Assembly: GCF_036321535.1 (NCBI RefSeq)
Contig: NC_087436.1
Coordinates: 100,876,001-100,940,000 of the forward strand
Direction: 5' to 3'
Length of the DNA: 64,000 bases
Source of the DNA: Camelus dromedarius
Taxonomy: Eukaryota
Made by a program: the position numbers and the translations under genes. Under the pieces are notes generated by a model. That model ran no database searches, was not told the origin of the DNA, and worked only from the letters and a program-made list of their open reading frames with translations. This document shows positions 49,331-63,040 of this stretch, piece by piece; within the stretch, counting starts at the first letter, position 1; each line of letters opens with the position of its first letter.

Positions 49331-52300
49331 GTATGATCAGTTGGCATTAGAAATGATGTATTGTGTACTTGCTTGCATAAAAATTATATTATCTTCTCAA
49401 TATCTGGATGTTTTTTGAAAGAAAATTTATACATGTATTTTCCCTGCTGTTACAGCAATCCACATGGCCTACAGCTCTGCTAAATGCTTTGAAGAAATGA
49501 ATACATGAATTAATAAGAGAATGAACGAATGAATAATAGTCTATCTCTATGAAGGTATCTGAATTTTCAGCTATATTAAGATTTGTGGGCTTACCAAAGT
49601 CTTTCCTTTTAGAATTGCATTTTAATCTTTATTCTCTCAGTATCTTTTCAGCGATTGAATACAGGTTAACTCAGCAAATATATTACATTATACCTACATA
49701 TCATTATACACACATACATGCTCTCTATGTGAATAGACTACACCCAGTACACAAATCATACATAGCCGCAAATTTTATGCAAAGAATAACAACAAAACTG
49801 CCTGCCACCTTCAATATTTTTAAAACTATGAACACATGAAATTTGTATTTTGCTTAAAGCCCCTGTTGCACTTCGTACCAATCAAAAGTGCACATGAAAA
49901 AATCAGGTTTCATGGGACAGACACACTGAAACACAAAATTACATTTTGTATGGCCCTGTGGCGTTTTGACAAAATGGCTCTGGAAAGGATATGAAGAAAG
50001 AGTGTGATGAGAGGATCATGAATGTAGAAGGAAATTGTTTTTATTGATTTTCATTGGCACTACAGTTCATAACATGAGAACTAAATTTATGAAATCAGTT
50101 GTAATTTTGGCACTGAGAAGCAGGCTACCTTTAGAACTCTGAAAGCTGGCTCTCATATTCTTCTGATTATTAATTTTTGAGTTTCAGACCTGTTTCTGAT
50201 GTCCAAATGATAAAACCCAGGACAAAATAAAGGAAATGAGATATTTTAAAAGAACAAGAAAACTATTATTTTTAGAAGCATCCTTCACCAAGATCTTAGA
50301 ATCTATGCTGGTTCTTTTATGTCTTATTTCATGTCTTTTGCACACAATGCTACCCTGTTGCAGCAATAAAAATTTGACTTGGAAACACAGGGATAGAATG
50401 CAATATCCTTAGTGCATTCAGATTTATCCCATTGTTCTAGGATACACTCCAGTTTTTTTTAATGTTGGAAATTATACAGTTAAAATAGATGGTTATCATA
50501 CTGCCAATGGCTTTGGTTCTGATAACTTTGCAGAAGCCAAATTTCAGATACCATCTTTAATATAACACATAAGTGTAATACACAAACTATGTGAATCTGA
50601 AACAATTTGTAAAGATTGTTTCTTTGGATTTGAACAGTTGCTGAATCCACTGTTACTCTCCCTTGTGTACGGTTCTATTTCCATTTGCTTTCTGACACAT
50701 TATTAAATGCAATCATAAAGCAGAGTGTTTCCTGGAGCAGAAGAGAAGCAGAGGGAAATTATGTTACTCAGCATATCCCAAATTCAATAAACAAAATCTC
50801 TGTATATATGCACAACCAATTTAACCATGTTGACTCAATTGGTCAATCAATTCTGATTTAAAACAAAGGTCAGCTCAGTCAAAGCAGCAATCAATTAAAA
50901 AAATCAGTAAAAACATTCACTTTCAATGTGCATGCTTTGACTATTACAGGGGATGCAATTACATCAGAAAAAAAAAAAAAGAAAAAAACTGATTTTGTAA
51001 CACTGAGTTTAAAATTGTTTTAAGTTTGTTTTGTTCAAGTATGCTTTTTTCTCTTTCTGGCCTCAAGGTATCTTTTGACTGTAAAAGCAGGACACTAAGT
51101 AGGGGGAGACAGTTTTTCTTTGAAACAATCTATATAAATTCTATAATAAAGGAAAACAAATGCAATTTTATATTTTCTAACAATTACAGTCTCAGGAACA
51201 AAACAAAAGGATCTGTTAGAAAAACTAAAGCTTAACTCTAGAAAAAAATTAAAATTATAATCTTTGGATTATCACTCTGCGAAGGCCATATACGTCACAT
51301 GACTTTAAAAAAGACAAACCAAATAAACAAAAGATTTCATGACCCCATGCAGTGTTGGGACAAGAAACCTAATGTACCAGTTATCACCTGGTTGCTCATG
51401 CTAAAATAGATCATAAAATAAAATCACAAATACTCAGTCCAGGGGAATACCATGAATGAATGCACAAAACAGACTTTCAAGAAAACACTGAAACTGTTAT
51501 TTAAAGCTTTCTTAGAAACTATACAATTATTGTGTTCTAGAATTTTATACTCCATAGAAACCAATATGATAATAAAGAGAAGTCAGTAAACAGCAAAGGC
51601 ACGTTCTTTCAAAGAGAAGATTGTACCGTGAAATGGTTACAACGTGGCTCCGAGAGATCTGGACACAAATCAAGATTCCCTCTTACAAGTGAAATAAACT
51701 TGCACAAGTTACTTAACAGCCTGCGTCTTATTTTCTTGAGAATAATGAAAAATTTCCCTAAATTTGTAATGATATTTAACCAAAAGAATGTGTGTGCCAT
51801 GCTTACTACAGAGAATTTTGAAAAACTGGCATTTAATAAACGATAGTTATTATCAGTATTGATACATTATGTAAGCTAACTACATCAATGATTTCATCCA
51901 CATGGCAAAGGGTTCTCATTCTTCTAAGGAAAATATAATGAAAAGTCACTAATTTAAAAAAGTTGTCAGATTACAAGAAGAAATTACACACTAACCTTCA
52001 AATATACTGAAACAATATTTCTAGACTTTGGAGGTGGTAGGAAATGATTGCTCTTGGGGAGTATTTAAAACTTAAGGTATATGGACAGTATTAAAAATAT
52101 ACACAGAAGTAGCCTAAGTAGATGGCAAAGACTTGATAAAACAAGCTTTGGCAGATGTCCAATAATAAATAATAAAATCTATCCCCTCAAGGGGCTTTAA
52201 TTAAATGTTTGGCCACTAAGGGCCATCCAACCAATATGGCAATACACAAGACAAAACCATTTAAGAATCTAATGGTACTGGGAGCTCTCTGGAGATGCAA

Positions 52301-52709
52301 GAAATAGGAGGTTTTGGGGTGTTCTTTGTTTGTTTTGAAAATTAAATGCTAGCAAAAATATAATTAAGTGACCTCAAATAAATTAAGTCTTTCTGGGTGG
52401 GCTCTTAGTTATTTAAACATTAAGGGGAGTAATTCATTATCATAGAAAGCTATCTAGTCCCAAAGCCAAGATTGGGGACCACATATCCACAGAATGTCTC
52501 TATTTTATCTGTATATATGAGCAAAGGGAAATGAGCTTACTATCAAATGCAGCAGATTTATTCTTTAGAGGATTTAGCCAAACTAGTATAAACTTGTATG
52601 TAAAGATAAAGGCACTTTTTAATGGAAATCAACTCAATTTGTCCAGTTTTTTTGGGGGGGGTCTGATACACCTGACCAGATACATGTGATGTTATAACCT
52701 CAGAAAGGC

Positions 52710-52845
52710 AGGCTGATTCTAGCTTTTATTATGCCTGGATAATTGTGTAGTTTTCTAAGCCATTTTGCCTCACTGTAGCTCAGTCTCTTCGATTTGTAGA
52801 AGGAAACTAGGGTAGATGATCTCTAAGGTTATTTTCAGCTCGGTA
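52710..52845 (+). mobile_element. MIR3-like fragment
   Basis: gctcagtctcttc.atttgtag..tagatgatctctaagg..tttcagctc. Confidence 0.55.
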
Positions 52846-55800
52846 TTTCATACATGTAGGAAAACAATATAGTAAATATGCAGAACATTTCAGTTATAGA
52901 AATCTTTGGCAATACAAAGAATATAATTAATAAGACGGTATTTTCTTGATTCTAGTTTCTTTGGGTTATTAGAAGCATAAAATTGAACACAGAGATATTT
53001 AATTCAACTACCTTGTCCTAACTATAAATTATTTTTTACCCTAGAATGTTGTGAAAATGACAATGTACATCTATTTAACTCAAGCTGAGGAGTATATTAT
53101 TTTGCTATACATTCAAAACTATTTAATTTATATCATTTTGGAGGCAAATCAAAGAACATTTAAATAGCATGGCACTTAATCATTAGAAGAAAAAATATTT
53201 ATGTAAATTATAATGAACATTATGAATAAATATGACGAGTATTCTCAATTTGTACAATTTTACTATCATGTTCTTAAAGTGTCAAAATCAAGCTGAAGGA
53301 CTGTATTCAAAATGATTTTAGAAATTAATAAATTCTGTAATGTTAGAAATGGTATTGGGTACAAAATTGTTTTTATTCATATTATTTAAATTATTTAAGA
53401 ATTTATGAAAGTCATAGCTAGTAATTGTCATCAAGGACTCAAGGAATATTTCTTCTCAGAATGAAGATTGCTTCATAATTGGTTGTTCTTTCAAGTTATC
53501 TCACATATACATAACCATAGACTTGGAAAACAAAACTTAAAGCAAGCAGATTGAAGCATGATTTTCAGGAACAGTGATGTGTTATATAAAGTCAAGACAA
53601 GCATCCACTTTCCAAAGTAAATTCTAAGAAAGAAACTTGAAATGTTTGTGAATCGTCGGGCTTCTCTGTTTAAGGGGAAAAGTTTCTTCAAGGTCTACTG
53701 AGTCTTGAACTTGGCCTGTGTTTTTGCCCCAATGAAAATGGAATGCTAGGTTTTAGGCCTGCTGTCAGTTATATGTGGCAGTGAGTGTCAGCCTGTAAAT
53801 AGCTTCACAATTCTGTGCATCACTGCCTCTGTGGATTCTTCAACTTGGCTCTGCTTCTTCTATTGTTCCACTTTTGAATAACTGTCTAGAATCCCCTACT
53901 CAAAGACTCTCTCATTATCTGAAGCCTATTTGTCTGTATGAGAGACTAGTTATTAGGTTTGCCACTAGATTGCCAGCACAGTTGGTGTGAAAGGCTGCCA
54001 GGCAATTAACTTTTTCATTCAGTAATTTCCAAAAATATTACCTAGATTGTAAGAGGGCCTTTTACCTCCTTAATTAAATCACCTGTCAAATTAGATTTAT
54101 TGTCCTGAGGAATCTTTTTAAAATAAAACTAATAGAAATTTAGAAAATCTTCTTTATAACAAAATGTCATATATATCATTTACAAATCAGGTAAATGCAC
54201 TCTGCCTAACTAAATGATTACTATTTGCTAGGTTTATACATTTTGGGTTAAAATTTGCTTTGATAGATATAAATGAATATTTAATAAATCAATCAATGCT
54301 TACACAACTATCAACAATATTTAAGATGAATTCCAAAAAAGATGACTATTTGGGAATACTCTATTAAACAGAATGGATTAAAAGAAAGAATATTGTAATA
54401 GCCTTTTAAGTGAAAATGTGTATCACGTGATTCCTTAGCACAGATATATGTCTGACTTGGAATTAACAGACGGAATTTTTTTGCTTTTGTCTTTATTTTC
54501 TGTGTCTGTGTGCATGTGTGTGTGCATGTTGTAGCAAGCCAAAATTTCCCCTAGTGCTCCTAAATAAAAATATTTCAACGCTGCAAATTCTTGTTTCATA
54601 TCAGATTCTGGTTCAGAATCTCATTGCTTTCAGTTGCCAAAGTTCACTTCAACTTAGAAATTTAAATCCTAAGAATTTCCTATAAGTATCTAGTAAAAGA
54701 TTTCTCTTTTTGAACTTCTGTTATGCTGTCTTAAGGCATTTAGTATATGTATATACATTTATGAATAAATATATATATTTACAAATGTGACTTTTCCAGA
54801 TAAGAATTTTTAAAAATCAAGTAAGAATTTTAAATGATGCATTTTTTTTTTAATCAATGCCCTTGTCCACTTTCATAGAGTGTATGGTTACTTTGGCAGT
54901 TGAGTTCAGTGACCGAATTAGATTCCTATAGTGCAAACTGGCATGTGATCTTCATTATCAGGTGTATCACTGGAGTCCAATTTGTTCACAGATATAAAGT
55001 TTTTTTTTTCTTCTCTAATCACCAGTAAGGAGAAGCTAATATATGTTTATGTGTAGAAATTCAGATAATTAATTCCTGAATGCCTGGGTTGTTCTCTCTG
55101 AATCACTACTGTTAAAAGTGATCATGTTTGTTCTATTTAACAGACTGTGCTTTAGGACTGAGCTCTCATTTTCCTACTTTCCATGACGATTTTGTTTAAA
55201 AGAAAACTGGAGATGAGATGACTATTTCACTAGAATCAGAAAAATAGTGTCAATTTCTGGTAGGTGCGGGGGAGCAAGATAATATGCCTAACCTTTTTTA
55301 CTTACGAAAATCAAAATGTTTTTGTTGGCAAAACCAGACAGTAAGAGAGAAAAAGTCTCACGTTTACCAATATTTTAAATAAAGCACATTTGGGTGTGCC
55401 ATTATGAATGGACTTAACCAAATATCAAATTTATTATTAAGTTACATTTTTCCTAAACAGTGACATTTTCTAAAAATAAGCCAATTCTTAATATGTAAAA
55501 AAGGAAACTGAAATACTCACTGATAATCATACATATATATAAAATTTGTCTCATTTGGATGTTTGATTAATGGATGAAAACTTAAGAAAATGTCATAGAG
55601 AGAATATATAAACACCCGATGTTTATAAAGATGAGCATGGTATCTGGAATCTGTTTGCATAGAATATATTTCTCCTTTTACCCTCGAATTCAGCTATGTT
55701 CCAGGTGGGTAAATGTTTCCAATTAGGGCCCTAGTGATTAATAACATTAACAATTAAGTGAAAATCTAACATCCCTTTAAAAACAAGATACAAAGCCTTG

Positions 55801-57649
55801 GATGTTCTCTTTATTCAGGTACCTTAAAAATTATGTGAAATTTGTGATTAACTGATTAAACACACACCTCTCTCATTAGTTGCTTTATCCACTTCTGGGA
55901 TGCCTTAGCCACAGAGGGAAAACATCACCAACTACAACTGAATTAGTCATAAAATTTGCATATTATAATGCTGTGTCGCTCATTGACCTAGTGTTTCCTC
56001 TTTAACAAAGATTAAGAGGTGTCTCCTGCCAGAGTACTTAAGGTACTTATTATTTTTTATGACATTTTTATATTATAAGGCTCAACTCAAGAACCTACTG
56101 TGATGCTAGGTGTGTACTGAGGTGAATGAAATAGTTGTCATTTGAGGTTTTAAAAGTTTGCTACTACCTAAAGCCATTGAATTTCAGTATTAGGTTTTTA
56201 AAAGCTTATTATCACCCAAAGTTTTTGTAGACCCCATTATATTCAGTTAGTGTATGAAAGACCTTAAAAATTAGTATTTGTAAATATTAAACTTTATTAT
56301 GCCAATTAAGATCTACTAAATTTCTCTGGAATTTAAAAATTTAACAAAGAAAATGCTTTATAAACTTAAAAATATAATCTCTTAAAACATAGACAACCCT
56401 TTTTCATTTTGGTGGAAGGAAGGTATAAAAACATATTTCACTGAAAGATGAATCACATAAAGGAAGAAATAAAAATATCAGTTAAGGAAAAAAGGAGCAA
56501 AGGTCTTTGTAAAGTTAAAAACAAGTGCGTTTCCATGTCAAATCCATACTGGCTACCGTGAAACATAAGTGCTTTGCTATTCAGACGTTCCTATAATGTC
56601 TAGGGCCAAAACATGTATTAATAATGCCATACAGTAATAGTAAGAAAGAAAGCCAAAATAAGACCTTGACAGCAGTTAGAAAATAACATGAAATGGGATG
56701 GAACTACAGTTATGGCAGGTTGATACAAACATTTGATAAATACCCTAAACTCCATGTTAAAAAACAGAGCAAAACATTAAATAACAAACATTATAGGGAA
56801 AAAATTCAAATACACTGCCATTCTAAAAAGAAAACTGCAGATAAGTTAGCCTAATTAGAATCAACAAAAAGCCACTGAGGACATATCAGACCAGGTGCAC
56901 CCATCTGGCACTTTTAACCATTCTGCCTTTCCCATACAATGGCGTCATGAGGAGGAACTAGAATCTAGTCTCACTGATCTAATGGCATGCAGATTACTTC
57001 TTTTAAGTCAATCAAGCTAAATTTTTCAGTTCCTTATTTGCTTATACAGAATGTAGATGCTAAAAGAATTTTAAAATATGTTAGAAGCACTGGACCGAGA
57101 TAATAACACAAGGCAGCTCCTTCCAAAGTTGGTGTGGTTTAAACTAGAGTTGTTTCTTTCCCTCTTGCAAATTCCTACCCTCCGAAAGAGGTCAGTTTGT
57201 ATCATCTGGTTTGTTGTAACTCCAGCTGTAAGATTAATAATCATCAACCCTTTTGGGACATATTATCTTGGCCATGTCAATAATCTTCAGTCCATCTTAC
57301 AGATGTTAAATATGCTGTGGTTGTTTTGATTTTACATGTTACTCTCAGGAAATTCTGCTTTGATGATTGCATCAAAAGTTTTTCTAGGGTCCAAGTGTTT
57401 TACCTGTTCCAGGTGAGTATTTTCATTATCATTACTGCTGAAAGGAATTTCAAATAACCTGTAAATCTTCACTGAGTAACTTATTTTTAAAATATATTTT
57501 GCTTAGTGGCATGCAGAAACCAAAAGAATTATAAAATGTATCTACTAACTCCTAGAGAGTAAAATTTTGTAGGGACAGAGCATGCCTGCTTGACAGGATA
57601 TGGGACAATAGCAGTTTGGAGGTGACAAACAGCAAGTGACTGTCAACAG

Positions 57650-58050
57650 ACTCATTAAGGCACAGTAAAAGGACAGCACAGTGAGAGGAGAAGAGCAGGG
57701 AAGGCTCACCCAAAGATTAAGATCGCTGAGCTCTGACATGTGAAAAGGAACACAGTTAGTGGCGTCATGAGGATGACACTGGTTGAGGAAAGAGCAGGAA
57801 CAAATGCATGGCAACACGAGAAAATTCAGTTATGTTTGGAGGACAGGATATAAAGTTTGGAAAATTAGGTCAAGAAAGTCTGAATGACTAAGTAATGGGA
57901 TTAGAATTGGGGGCGGGACCAGTGGGTGGAGAACTTTGAATGTGGGGCTGGGTGGCTTTGAGACTCCTGTTTTCAGAGGAGTAGCCTGGTGATAGGTAAG
58001 CTGAATTGTAGAAGTGAGATTAGCAGAAGAGACTCAGAGAGCACATGTGA
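57650..58050 (-). mobile_element. L2 fragment, highly diverged
   Basis: Purine-rich reverse L2 pattern (cagggaaggct..gctgagct..aaatgcatgg..tgttt..gggaccag..ctttgaatg). Confidence 0.45.
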
Positions 58051-59773
58051 ACACTGGGGAGAGTGAGAATGAAAGGGAGTGCATAGCTTCTCTTTTGCTT
58101 TTGTAAATCATACCCACTTTTTAGCATCTATAAAGAAGACCATAAATTACCAACAGAAAAGGTATTAACTATTGCAAAGAGGGATCTGGAAAATGATTTC
58201 TCACAAACAGCCATCAGAGCTTGGGTGAAAAAAAAAAAAAAAAGGAATTCAACTCCTGAAGGACAGATAGCAGTCAGAACATAACATTTACCTACTTAAC
58301 AGGAAAAAAAAAGTTAAGGATAAAGAAAAGAAAAATTATTCAGTTAAAAAAAGTTATAAAAATCTCTATTCTGAAGGGATATGGTTTGATGATGTTACTT
58401 TCGTTTTTTCTTTCCCTTAGAAGAGGCTGATATTCAATCTGACACAAGTGATCCTATGAGAAGTCATGCAGTCAGACTCTGGCATCACCAGCTGTGAATC
58501 GTACGCAACAAAGTTTACAGTGTGTCAGAAACAAAGGTCCTTTTATAATTGCATATGTGGAGAGATTTTTCAGAATCATTCGTGCTTGTGATGATTTTTG
58601 ATTCCCAGTCACTATTATACTTTTATTTCCTAAAGAGTGACTTGAGGGCAAAGACCAGAGAACTGGGACTCTAATATCCCTCAAAAAAAAGACATATTTT
58701 TCAATCTTTTCTTTGCAAAATGGTCTTTGGATTGAAATCATTGCAATGATTGCCTACCACCTCTCAATAAAGCTAAAAAAATTCCTCAGACATTTGGCAA
58801 ATTTCAAGAATCTATAACTTGTTGATGTTCAGTATAACAACGATGAATTCCTCTGTGTAGTTCTCAACTGTCTAGTGGTGAGGAGGCTATTACCTCTGAG
58901 ATGGTACTAAGAGTAGACAGAATTCTGTATTATTTTAACCAAAACTCCAAACATTGGTCCTGGGATCATTCTACAGTGAGGACACTTTTAGTTAAGCCAA
59001 GGTTGATAAGCAACTAGCACAAGAACACATTCCTTCCAACACCAATCAGCACTTCTCCAACATCTTATACCCAAAACTGACAGTTATATTCAGGACTGAA
59101 ACACAAACATACCATTAGATTTCTATTAGTGTATAAAGCAATAATCTTAACACTTAGTTTAGACACTTGCAGAATTATCATCTCTTTCTATAAAACCATA
59201 GAAAAATAGTTTATTAGAATAAGTGAAAGGCATAATATTTAAACATCATAGAGCTAGAGGTCATCTATTTTCTGTTGAAACTGTATTCAGTGATGGAAAT
59301 ACCATGAAACACTTCCCCCCTCCACACACACACACATTAGATTTTAAAAGATCAAGTCTGCTCCTATTTAAGACAAAGTGTAAGATTTTTCTTCAGAAGA
59401 TTGCATACCTGATGAGGTGTCAACTCAAGATTGCTATTTTTATGCTGTGAAGGTTTAAGTTCTGTTGTTACCCATGGAAAGCATGTGAGTTAGTGCTGTG
59501 TTATTGTACTTGTTAAGAATTAATTTTAAAACAAAGGGCATTATTGAAATGCTTTAATATCTACATTAAGAAATTGAACCAAACTCTGCTGTAATGCTGT
59601 AATTCTAGGATGGCAACTTAACAATATGAGAAAAATTTTGAAAAAACAAAGCTACATATAAAATCCAGAGACATTACGCTATGGTTGTAGATTACTTATC
59701 TCTAACTTCAGTATGCGCCGGCAAGGCACTCTATCCACACCTCGTTGCTGCTGTGTTTTCAGTATGTGTGGTC

Positions 59774-60075
59774 CATTCATTCATTCATCAAACACTGATA
59801 ACTCAACTAATAGGTGCTAAGCTTCTGGAGCACTAGTAACTGGGATACACAGATGCCCGAGACATGATCTCTGTCTTCAAGAATCTCACATTTCAGTTGG
59901 AGAGACAGTCATGCAAAGAAATCACTGTAACAGAGTGAGACACGCTAACAGCTGCTTGTACAATGAGGCTGTGATGATAGACAAGACATATTTGCTTGGG
60001 GATTGAAGAAGGCCTTAAACAAAAAGTGGCGTGTGAGCAGTATTTTGAAGAAAGAATTGGAGTTTCTGAAGCAGG
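59774..60075 (-). mobile_element. L2 3' end
   Basis: cattcattcattcatcaaaca tail, ctgggatacacagatg, gacatgatctctgtcttcaagaatctcaca..agttggagagacag. Confidence 0.85.
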
Positions 60076-60169
60076 TTCAATAAAAAAAATCAATGAAAGA
60101 AAATGATAAATGACTATGTGAACTATGTGGCTAAGATTTAGGTGCTATTCACAAATAATACAGCTGGAA

Positions 60170-60367
60170 AGACATTAGTGGAGTAGAGAACAGAGGATGT
60201 GAAGGCAGAGGACCTGGCTATAAATGCAAGACAGTGAAGTCCCTGGAAAATTAGTGTCCATTTCTAATCTCTACAGTATAGATTTAAAAAAAATGGATTC
60301 ACAGAGTTGTTAAGGAAAGTATATAAATCTGTTCTGTGAATTCTAAAGCACCTTAGAAATGTTATTT
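60170..60367 (+). mobile_element. MIR fragment
   Basis: tagtggagtagagaacag..ggcagaggacctgg..tcacagagttgttaagga..tgtgaattctaaagcac..aaatgtt. Confidence 0.5.
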
Positions 60368-61071
60368 ACCTAATTATACCTATTTTTGTCCAGGGAGTAT
60401 AGAAGTAGAGGTCATTTAATTATAAAGATGTGCTTCTTAGAAACAGCAAAGCCAAGAGGCAAAACTCACATTTCTCTTTATGTAAATATTATTTCAGTAA
60501 AATACGGGGAACATACTATAAGGCCTCTTCATCTTACATTATAGTCATTAATGCCTATGAAACTAATTCTTGAACAAGGGCAAACATGATAAAGCATAAA
60601 TCATATTTAAGAGACTCATTTACAACCAAATAGCACCTGAACGAGTGTCCTTCCAATTTCAGAGTACATCTGTTTTAATTTTTTCCAATAATTTTATTTT
60701 ATTTCTCAGTCCCTGCAATTGCAAGTACAATTATTGTGTCACGTGATAATATTTTTCATATTTACCCCCACCCACATATAGTCAGTCTAACAAACAGGCT
60801 ATCTAGTAGAGTGCAGTGGTTACAAAATCAACTCTCAATTCCAAAATAGGAATATTTTTATAAGCTGTTTTTTGAAACTGATGTGCAGTGAATCTGACAC
60901 AAATCCAGGATTTGGCAATAGTCTGCCTGAGGGCAGACTCAGTCTCCTTCCTAAAGCGTATTCTTAAAGCCTGACCCTAGACTGAAGGTAGAGAGCTTCA
61001 CAAGGAAGTGCTGAGCACCTAGTGTCACAGTCAGGGACGGGCCCCTCTGTAACTACTGAGTAATTGGCCAA

Positions 61072-61567
61072 TGTAGGAGACATTTGTTGTGTTTTTGCCA
61101 CCAGTATCCACAACCCGTATTTTTAGTGCAAATAACATTATTTCCTTTTGGAAAACTATCCCCTTTCAGGTTTTAGCCATTGCTGTTTCTGTAAAGCTGG
61201 TCCCATCCCCAGTACTAAGGTAGACATGTGGCTCAGGCTTAAGCCAATCAGAATATTACTTTCTCCCATCCATATGATTGGCTCCAGTATGTCCATGAGA
61301 TGCCACTGGAGACAAGAGACTGTGCTGAAATGGCCAACAGGGGCCATCTTTTAAATGCAGAAAGGAATCACTTATCTGAGCATGGAAAAGGGGCTCAAGA
61401 GATAGAAAGAGTCAAACAAGGCTTTGGTGATCACATGTGACCTTGTATATAATGATGCCAGGTCAAATTCCAAACATTTCAGATACCTGAGAACTGATAG
61501 ATTTCCCTGTGATTAAAGCTAATTTGGGGGCAAGTTTTCTGTCACTTGCAATCTAATTAACAGATAC
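61072..61567 (+). mobile_element. MaLR LTR, MLT1K/L-like
   Basis: TG start, atttccttttggaaaactatcccct, catgtggctcaggc.taagccaatcagaat, tgattgg, and 3' ttttctgtcacttgcaa...gatac. Confidence 0.8.
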
Positions 61568-62721
61568 TTTCAGTATTAACAATTTATACCCTACCCCTGT
61601 TACTTGAAAGAAATGAAAGAAAAAAAAGCATCGCGTATTTCTCGCTTGCCGCTTTCCTGGCTACCCTTCATGGCTTGAATGTCTCTTGCATCTTCACACT
61701 TGGTTCCTCCTAACTATCAGCCTATACAACCTTCACCTCTAAACTGAGTCGCATGCTGTCAGAGACATCCTTTGTAAGGGATGGTTATGCTTATCCGTAA
61801 CCTAATGGTCTCTCACATGCCTGATGCTCCTAGTTACCCTAGTCTCATTTTAATTTACTTGCCTTGAAGCCCCGTTCAGGTGGCAATATAAAAGTCCACT
61901 TTAAGATTAAACCACCCACAGCGTGCTTTCCTGTTTCTGGTTTGCAGTCTAATCACACCGTCTGTTTCCTCACTCATACTTTTGTCCTCCAAGGGTATTT
62001 CATTCTTTTACATTGTGGAGCCTTGTTAGGACAACATTCTGATATGAGGCGCTTACTGGATCCTTTGGAGGAAGGGCTCACACTGCATTGGGTTAAGTGC
62101 ATTTCCTTTGTTGAGCACCAACCAGCAACCCCATTTAAGGAATTAAGCCTTTCTTTTCCTCTCTTTTTCACAGCATCAGTGGGATGCTTTCTTCCGAAAA
62201 ACTGAGTATCTGGCATATGGAAAAATCAACTATTTGTACTAAAAGCTTGAGGCTTCTGAAGACTTTTGTGGGCATCCCATATAAATTCACTGGGTTGGAA
62301 TTAACAGGTCTGTCCTTGCATAAATGAACAGAAAGTCTTCAAAGTAATTCTCTGCTAATCAGAGCAAATTAGTCTTGGATTCTACTGACATGGAAAAATT
62401 CTAACTGGCAGCAAGCTTAAGGACTAGTAATAATTATATTATCATGGATTAGACAGTGTCAATATTTATATCCCTTTGTAAGATGCAATCTTTATTTAAG
62501 ATAGAATAACTAAGTTTTCCCCAATATTGTAATGCTCTGATTATTAACATGCTTTTGGACTTGATAAATATATATCTTCTTGTCTGGAGACTGAATATAG
62601 CCATGGTTAAGGAATCTGGGAACATCTCCCACTAATCTCTCAGTTTTCAAATCTCCTGAGATGTTCTTATCCTTATTACATCATCTAATAGCGTTTAGTA
62701 ATCAGCAATAGCTTTATTTTA

Positions 62722-62860
62722 TACATTTCTTCAAGAAAGTGTTTCTTGAGTACCCATTATGGCACCAAACTTAAACTGAATAGTAGAGAGACAATTACGT
62801 GAAAAAGTGAAAAAGGATGAAGACATTCCTCTCCCTATGGAACTTAGGTTCTAACAAATG
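62722..62860 (-). mobile_element. L2 3' fragment
   Basis: ttcaagaaa.tgtttcttgagtacc.attat...aagacattcct..ccctatggaactta..ttcta. Confidence 0.55.
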
Positions 62861-62949
62861 CTTGTACAGATAACTGCATAAAGGTTAGAAAAGTGCAAAT
62901 AGTGTGCAACAATGTGTGTGTAATTGTTAAAATATATAACCAAGGCACA

Positions 62950-63040
62950 AGTTACCTGTGCATATGGATCTTTAAAACTGTTCATTGGAACATGTTAAAT
63001 AGCTTATAATTTTATTTGTCCATTATACCTCGGTATACTT
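62950..63040 (+). mobile_element. Old L1 3' terminal fragment
   Basis: ttaaata..ttataattttatttgtccattatacctc resembles L1MB/MC 3' ends. Confidence 0.45.

Noticed and set aside
53961..53976. CTCF-like site CCACTAGATTGCCA
   Set aside because: Two mismatches in the most constrained GGC(A/G) part of the core.
57349..57378. Ankyrin-like motif (G)NSALMIAS
   Set aside because: The following residues lack the GH..VV..LL half of an ankyrin repeat.
56940..57773. Exact 14-bp direct repeat TGGCGTCATGAGGA at 56940 and 57760
   Set aside because: Several 14-mer matches are expected by chance in 64 kb; the flanks do not align, and the second copy sits in an L2 remnant.
61864..62216. Overlapping 113-aa and 80-aa ORFs
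   Set aside because: No recognisable domain or splice context; consistent with chance ORFs next to repeat remnants.
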